From: Bdellovibrionota bacterium
Lineage (GTDB): Bacteria; Bdellovibrionota_G; JALEGL01; DATDPG01
Length of the DNA: 64,000 bases
Direction of reading: 5' to 3'
NCBI GenBank assembly: GCA_963668355.1
Contig: OY764265.1
Location: 2,784,001 to 2,848,000, forward strand
In this document: positions 59,613-64,000 of the stretch, one piece after another
Layout: the number at the start of each line of letters is the position of its first letter
Numbering within the stretch: the stretch's first letter is position 1
Made by a program: the position numbers and the translations under genes
Notes under the pieces: model-generated
Told to the model about the DNA's origin: nothing
Database searches by the model: none
Seen by the model: only the letters and a program-made list of their open reading frames with translations

Positions 59613-59790
59613 ATTAATCGCTCAGCTTCAATTCAAAAATTATGGGCTTCAGCCCACTATATTACCATGGGAAAGCCCCTTCAATCTATGACAAGACCTT
59701 CAAATCCTTCTGATCTAATCCTAAATTAACAAAGACTCCCGTCAATGAAATTAGACACTTCGGTTTCCCCTCGCCTTGAATCCCGAGAAG

Positions 59791-60567
59791 CTAGGCCTCA
59801 ATAACGCGGAGCAGTATCAGGGTAATGTTATCATCTCCCCCACTTTCGTTGGCATGGTCCACCAACATTCTCGCGGCTTGTTCCGTCTCGTTCTGACTCA
59901 CAATTTCCCGAATTTCCTCATCATCCAGCATATTGGTGAGTCCATCCGAGCAAATCAGATAGGAATCTCCCGTCTCAACCTTCCAAACCACGGTATCCAC
60001 TTCCACATCCTCTTGAACCCCGACGGAACGCGTAATGATGTTTTTCAATTGGTGGGTTCGCGCTTCTTCTTCCGTAATGAGACCGCTTTTCAATTGTTCA
60101 TGAACCAGGGAGTGGTCCTCTGTAATCTGAGTGATGTTTCCTTCTCGCACACAGTAGGCCCGACTATCTCCCACATGAGCGATATAGCTCTTGCCTTCAC
60201 CGAAAAGCATGACGGTCGCGGTCGTTCCCATTCCTCTAAGCTCAGGCTCTTCCGTTGCCCTTCGAACAATCATGGAGCCCGCTCGATTAATGGCATCCTT
60301 TAAACGATTTTGGGGTGGGCCATCTCCTTCGGGAGCCTCGGAATCCAAATAGGTGTTTTCGGGAACACCCGAGTTGGCTCGATCTTCCCCTTTCAGAATT
60401 TCTTCGACGGTGGAAACGGCGATTCGACTGGCGAACTCACCTCCGGCATGCCCCCCCATACCGTCCGCCACCACGTAAAGACGTAACTTGTCATTCACGA
60501 GGTAGCTATCTTCATTTCGTTGGCGCTTCCGCCCAATATCCGTAATCCCACAAGATAATATTTTCAT
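59791..60567 (-). CDS. PP2C-type Ser/Thr phosphatase (Stp1/IreP-like)
   Basis: NEDS, VADGMGGH, HVGDSR, CSDGL, GGDDNIT. Confidence 0.95.
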   Translation of the reverse strand: MKILSCGITDIGRKRQRNEDSYLVNDKLRLYVVADGMGGHAGGEFASRIAVSTVEEILKGEDRANSGVPENTYLDSEAPEGDGPPQNRLKDAINRAGSMIVRRATEEPELRGMGTTATVMLFGEGKSYIAHVGDSRAYCVREGNITQITEDHSLVHEQLKSGLITEEEARTHQLKNIITRSVGVQEDVEVDTVVWKVETGDSYLICSDGLTNMLDDEEIREIVSQNETEQAARMLVDHANESGGDDNITLILLRVIEA

Positions 60568-60632
60568 TTCTTTCTTTCGCCATTCCCTCAAATGGAGAGA
60601 AAAGTCAACGATATCCAACATCTATCCGGGCG

Positions 60633-62360
60633 TCAAAGCCTCATGTGTTCACCTTTATCACGTAGGCCGCCTCGAAGCAGCAATTCTTGTGCATGTTCCA
60701 AAGTTTTTTGCGTCACTTTGATCCCTCCAATCATCCTAGCCAGTTCCTCTTTTCGTTCTACGTCCGATAAACTCTGGACTTGAGCCGTTGTGCGACCTTT
60801 CAGAAGCACCTTCTTCACGACGAGATGAGATGAAGCATAACAGGCGATTTGAGCCAAATGGGTCACGCACAAAACTTGTTTTCCTTGAGAAAGAGATTTG
60901 AGCCGAATGCCAATTCGTTCCGCCGTATCTCCTCCGATTCCCGTGTCCACTTCATCAAAAAGAAACGTAATTTCTTTTCCCCCCTCTTCTCCCGCGGACA
61001 AGTTTTTAATGGCCAACAGAACCCGAGAAAGCTCTCCTCCCGAGGCAATTTTTGCCAGAGGGCGAAATCCCTCTCCGGGGTTCGGAGCAAAACGAAGTCG
61101 AGCCCTTTCTAACCCGTTTTCCGAGATCCATGCATCTCCTACGTTCAAGGCACCGGGCTCCGTTTCCAAGGTTTCAAAGTCCAACAAAATTTTGGCGTTC
61201 TTCATCCCCAAATGTTTCAGTTCTTGTGTGACTTCTTTTGAAAAACGATCGGCCGACTTTTTTCTCTCCCCCGAAAGGGTTTGCGCTTCACCCAATAATG
61301 TTTTGGCTTGGCTGTCGCGTTCCTGAATCAGACATTCCTCGTTAAACGAAAAATCTTCCAAGGAAGAAATGGCTCGACCGATTCGATCTCTCTCTGCAAG
61401 AGCCTTTTCAATAGACCCATATTTACGTGCCAACTGTTGAAGCTTCGCCAAACGTTGATTGATCTGTTCAATTTCTTCCGGTTCGGCCTCCAAGCCTTCC
61501 AAATACCCTCGCATCACACCCAACAAATCGTGCAAACGCGAAGAAAATCCTTCGGCTTCGTTTTGCCAATCTTTGAGAGATGAATCAGTATGTGCCATGG
61601 CCGAAAGAAGCGTAAATAATTTTCCGGTATGATCCAACAGGCCGCCATCGGCTTCCACGCGTTCCACAATTTCTTGAGCCATCTCCGCAAGCTTAGAAGC
61701 ATGCGCCAAACGATGATGTCGATTCTGAAGATCTTCCTCTTCTCCCAGAATTAAATTGGCTTCTTTAAGTTCGGAGTGTTGAAAAAGAAGAAAATCTTTT
61801 TGTTTTTGAAACTCTTCCCTCTCCGTTCGAAGCTTCGTGATTCGTCTCTCGATTTCCTGCATTTTTCGAAATTCAGAGCGAACTTTTTTGGCCAATTCAC
61901 CTAAATCTCCAAACGAATCCACAATCTCCAAATGCGTTCGTTCATCCAGAAGAGCTTGTTGTCCGTGTTGCCCACTCACGTCCACCCAATGCTTGGCAAA
62001 CTCGGCCAATCCGGAAACATTCCATTGCCATCCATTGGCCCAGACGCGGCTTCTTCCATCCGCAGAAACGGATCTTCGTAAGATCACTTCGTTGGTTTCA
62101 CACGAAATGCCTTGATCCTTTAACCAGCCAAGAGCCATGGCCGAAGAGGAAAACTCGATGACCCCTTCCACAACGGCCAAGTCCTCCCCTTTTCTAACAT
62201 CGTGGCTGGAGGCTCGTTTTCCAGCCAACAAACCAATGGCTTCCACCAAGATGGATTTTCCTGCGCCCGTTTCTCCAGTTAGAACATTGAGTCCTGAATG
62301 AAAATCCACGGCCAAACTGGGAAGGATCGCGAGGTTCTGGATTTTGATACTACGCAGCAT
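60633..62360 (-). CDS. recN: DNA repair protein RecN
   Basis: TGETGAGKSI, ASGGELSR, FDEVDTGIGG, CVTHLAQIA. Confidence 0.97.
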   Translation of the reverse strand: MLRSIKIQNLAILPSLAVDFHSGLNVLTGETGAGKSILVEAIGLLAGKRASSHDVRKGEDLAVVEGVIEFSSSAMALGWLKDQGISCETNEVILRRSVSADGRSRVWANGWQWNVSGLAEFAKHWVDVSGQHGQQALLDERTHLEIVDSFGDLGELAKKVRSEFRKMQEIERRITKLRTEREEFQKQKDFLLFQHSELKEANLILGEEEDLQNRHHRLAHASKLAEMAQEIVERVEADGGLLDHTGKLFTLLSAMAHTDSSLKDWQNEAEGFSSRLHDLLGVMRGYLEGLEAEPEEIEQINQRLAKLQQLARKYGSIEKALAERDRIGRAISSLEDFSFNEECLIQERDSQAKTLLGEAQTLSGERKKSADRFSKEVTQELKHLGMKNAKILLDFETLETEPGALNVGDAWISENGLERARLRFAPNPGEGFRPLAKIASGGELSRVLLAIKNLSAGEEGGKEITFLFDEVDTGIGGDTAERIGIRLKSLSQGKQVLCVTHLAQIACYASSHLVVKKVLLKGRTTAQVQSLSDVERKEELARMIGGIKVTQKTLEHAQELLLRGGLRDKGEHMRL

Positions 62361-62439
62361 ATCGAGTTTTTCTGGCTAACATGAAATGAGGGTTCTGTCG
62401 ATTTGACGGAAAACCGAAAGACGCCTAAACAGGCTCGCA

Positions 62440-63450
62440 ATGGACCAAAGAATTGTCATACTGGGAGCCGGAAGTTGGGGGACCGCCATTGCTCAGCGTC
62501 TATCCGAAGCCGGACACGAGGTAACCCTTTGGGATCTATTTACTGAACATCTTGAAGAAGTCGCTCACGAAAAATGCAATACGCGGTATCACCCTGGAAT
62601 TAAACTCAATTCCAACATCAAATTCCAAGCCGATCTTCCCAAAGCCATCCACCAAAAGAATGTGATCATGATGATCACTCCCTCCCATGGATTTCGCCCT
62701 CTTTTGGAGAGAATAAAACCCCACCTTTCCAAAGATGCTTTTGTCATGACGGCTTCGAAAGGCCTCGACACCAAAACGCTTCAAACCTTGTCGGAAATCA
62801 CTTCAGAAATCATGGGCGATTCATTCACTCAGAACCAATATGCGGTTCTTTCGGGACCCACGTTCGCCAAAGAGGTGATGGAAAACACCCCTTCCGCAGC
62901 CACCATTGCATCCTATTCCGAAGACACGGCCAAACATCTTCAAGAACTTGTCCATGGCGGCAATTTCCGAATATACACCTCCACAGATGTCATAGGCGTT
63001 GAGCTGGCCGGTGCCTTGAAAAACGTCATCGCCATTACCACAGGAGTGTCTGACGGATTTCACTTTGGGCACAACGCTCGGGCCGCTTTGATCACACGTG
63101 GATTATTTGAGATTTCTGAAATCGGGATCAAAAAAGGAGCCAACCCTCGAACCTTTTCCGGACTGTCCGGTTTGGGAGATCTAATCCTTACATGTACAGG
63201 AGATCTTTCTCGAAACCGACGGGCGGGACTGAAGTTGGCCGAGGGAAAAACCATTCGCACCATCATGAAAGAGCTGGGGCAAGTCGTTGAGGGCATCCGA
63301 ACCACGAAAGCAGCCTATCAATTGGCCAAAGCCTTGAAAGTTGACGTTCCCATCATTGAGGCGACCTATCTCTCCCTATACGAAGGAAAAAGTCCTCAAC
63401 AAGCCGTACGCGACATCTTAGATCGAGATCCCGAACCGGAACACGATTAA
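62440..63450 (+). CDS. gpsA: NAD(P)H-dependent glycerol-3-phosphate dehydrogenase
   Basis: GAGSWGTA, SGPTFA, GALKNVIA, GLGDLILTC...SRNR. Confidence 0.97.
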   Translation: MDQRIVILGAGSWGTAIAQRLSEAGHEVTLWDLFTEHLEEVAHEKCNTRYHPGIKLNSNIKFQADLPKAIHQKNVIMMITPSHGFRPLLERIKPHLSKDAFVMTASKGLDTKTLQTLSEITSEIMGDSFTQNQYAVLSGPTFAKEVMENTPSAATIASYSEDTAKHLQELVHGGNFRIYTSTDVIGVELAGALKNVIAITTGVSDGFHFGHNARAALITRGLFEISEIGIKKGANPRTFSGLSGLGDLILTCTGDLSRNRRAGLKLAEGKTIRTIMKELGQVVEGIRTTKAAYQLAKALKVDVPIIEATYLSLYEGKSPQQAVRDILDRDPEPEHD

Positions 63451-63455
63451 GCCCG

Positions 63456-64000
63456 TCAAGAGCTAAACGAAGCTTCGCTCCAGGCGGTTCCGTTCCATGT
63501 CATGACAAACCCCTCAGCATTTGAGTTGGCACTTTCCGCCCCAATGGCAATGGCACTGGTTTCGGAAAGCATCAAAACATCCGTCAGACGCACTCCGTAT
63601 TCTGCGGCCGGATTGTCCACAATTGTCCAACCCGTCCCATTGTATTGAAGCACAACGCCGTCCTCACCCACAGCAATCGCCGAAGTTGCAGAGACACCAT
63701 GAACGGCCAATAAAGCTGAGCTTGTGGCTGACACAGCTTGCCGTGTCCACTCCGTGTCGTAATGCAAAACCGTTCCAGCAGCTCCAACGACAAAGATATT
63801 TCCACTGGTGTCATCCACCCAAACATCCTGTAAATCGGTATCGATAGGTACGTCGACACTCTGACACACCGATTGTTCATCGCTTTCCCAAAAAGTCCCT
63901 CCATTGCTTGTCTGCAAAATCGTGCAGTCCTCCCCAACGACGATCAAGTTCAAACTTGAGACAGCGCCACGACCATCGATGCCTTTGAGATTTGTCGACA
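63456..64000 (-). CDS. C-terminal part of a beta-propeller repeat protein (5' end outside window)
   Basis: Repeats of L..V.G..../VG..G.VL.Y.G..W; frame stays open to the window edge. Confidence 0.7.
   Translation of the reverse strand, partial: STNLKGIDGRGAVSSLNLIVVGEDCTILQTSNGGTFWESDEQSVCQSVDVPIDTDLQDVWVDDTSGNIFVVGAAGTVLHYDTEWTRQAVSATSSALLAVHGVSATSAIAVGEDGVVLQYNGTGWTIVDNPAAEYGVRLTDVLMLSETSAIAIGAESANSNAEGFVMTWNGTAWSEASFSS

Overview
Mostly core chromosome of a diderm bacterium. The gene content (glt gliding genes, cdaA-cdaR-glmM, prfB-LysRS-lolCD-bamA-skp order, FHA/Ser-Thr kinase/PP2C) suggests a Bdellovibrionota/Myxococcota-like lineage; this is inference only. Housekeeping blocks: tilS-ftsH-cdaA-cdaR-glmM; yfgM-OMP-bamB; thrS-infC-rpmI-rplT-pheS-pheT-MerR-iscS-Rieske; prfB-LysRS-lolC/E-lolD-bamA-skp; PBP1A-uvrD; M23-secA; recN; gpsA. 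Also present: a contiguous gltA-C-D-E-F-G-H-like gliding cluster, the AmmeMemoRadiSam triad and four tRNAs (Met-CAT, Leu-CAA, Pro-GGG, Val-GAC). The most unusual signals are non-coding and tRNA-linked. tRNA-Leu is followed by a near-perfect 162-bp tandem array. tRNA-Pro and tRNA-Val are followed by duplicated tRNA fragments whose T-loops are abutted or split by palindrome-rich inserts, and the same mini-palindrome occurs at both loci. Other oddities: an apparently circularly permuted alkaline-phosphatase lipoprotein, a class I LysRS in the usual lysS slot, a prfB without the programmed frameshift, an amber-interrupted secreted gene and an unlisted 32-aa sORF. No CRISPR array, transposase or integrase was seen. 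Product calls come from motif recognition and synteny, not database searches. Several starts were moved from the ORF track to more plausible codons.
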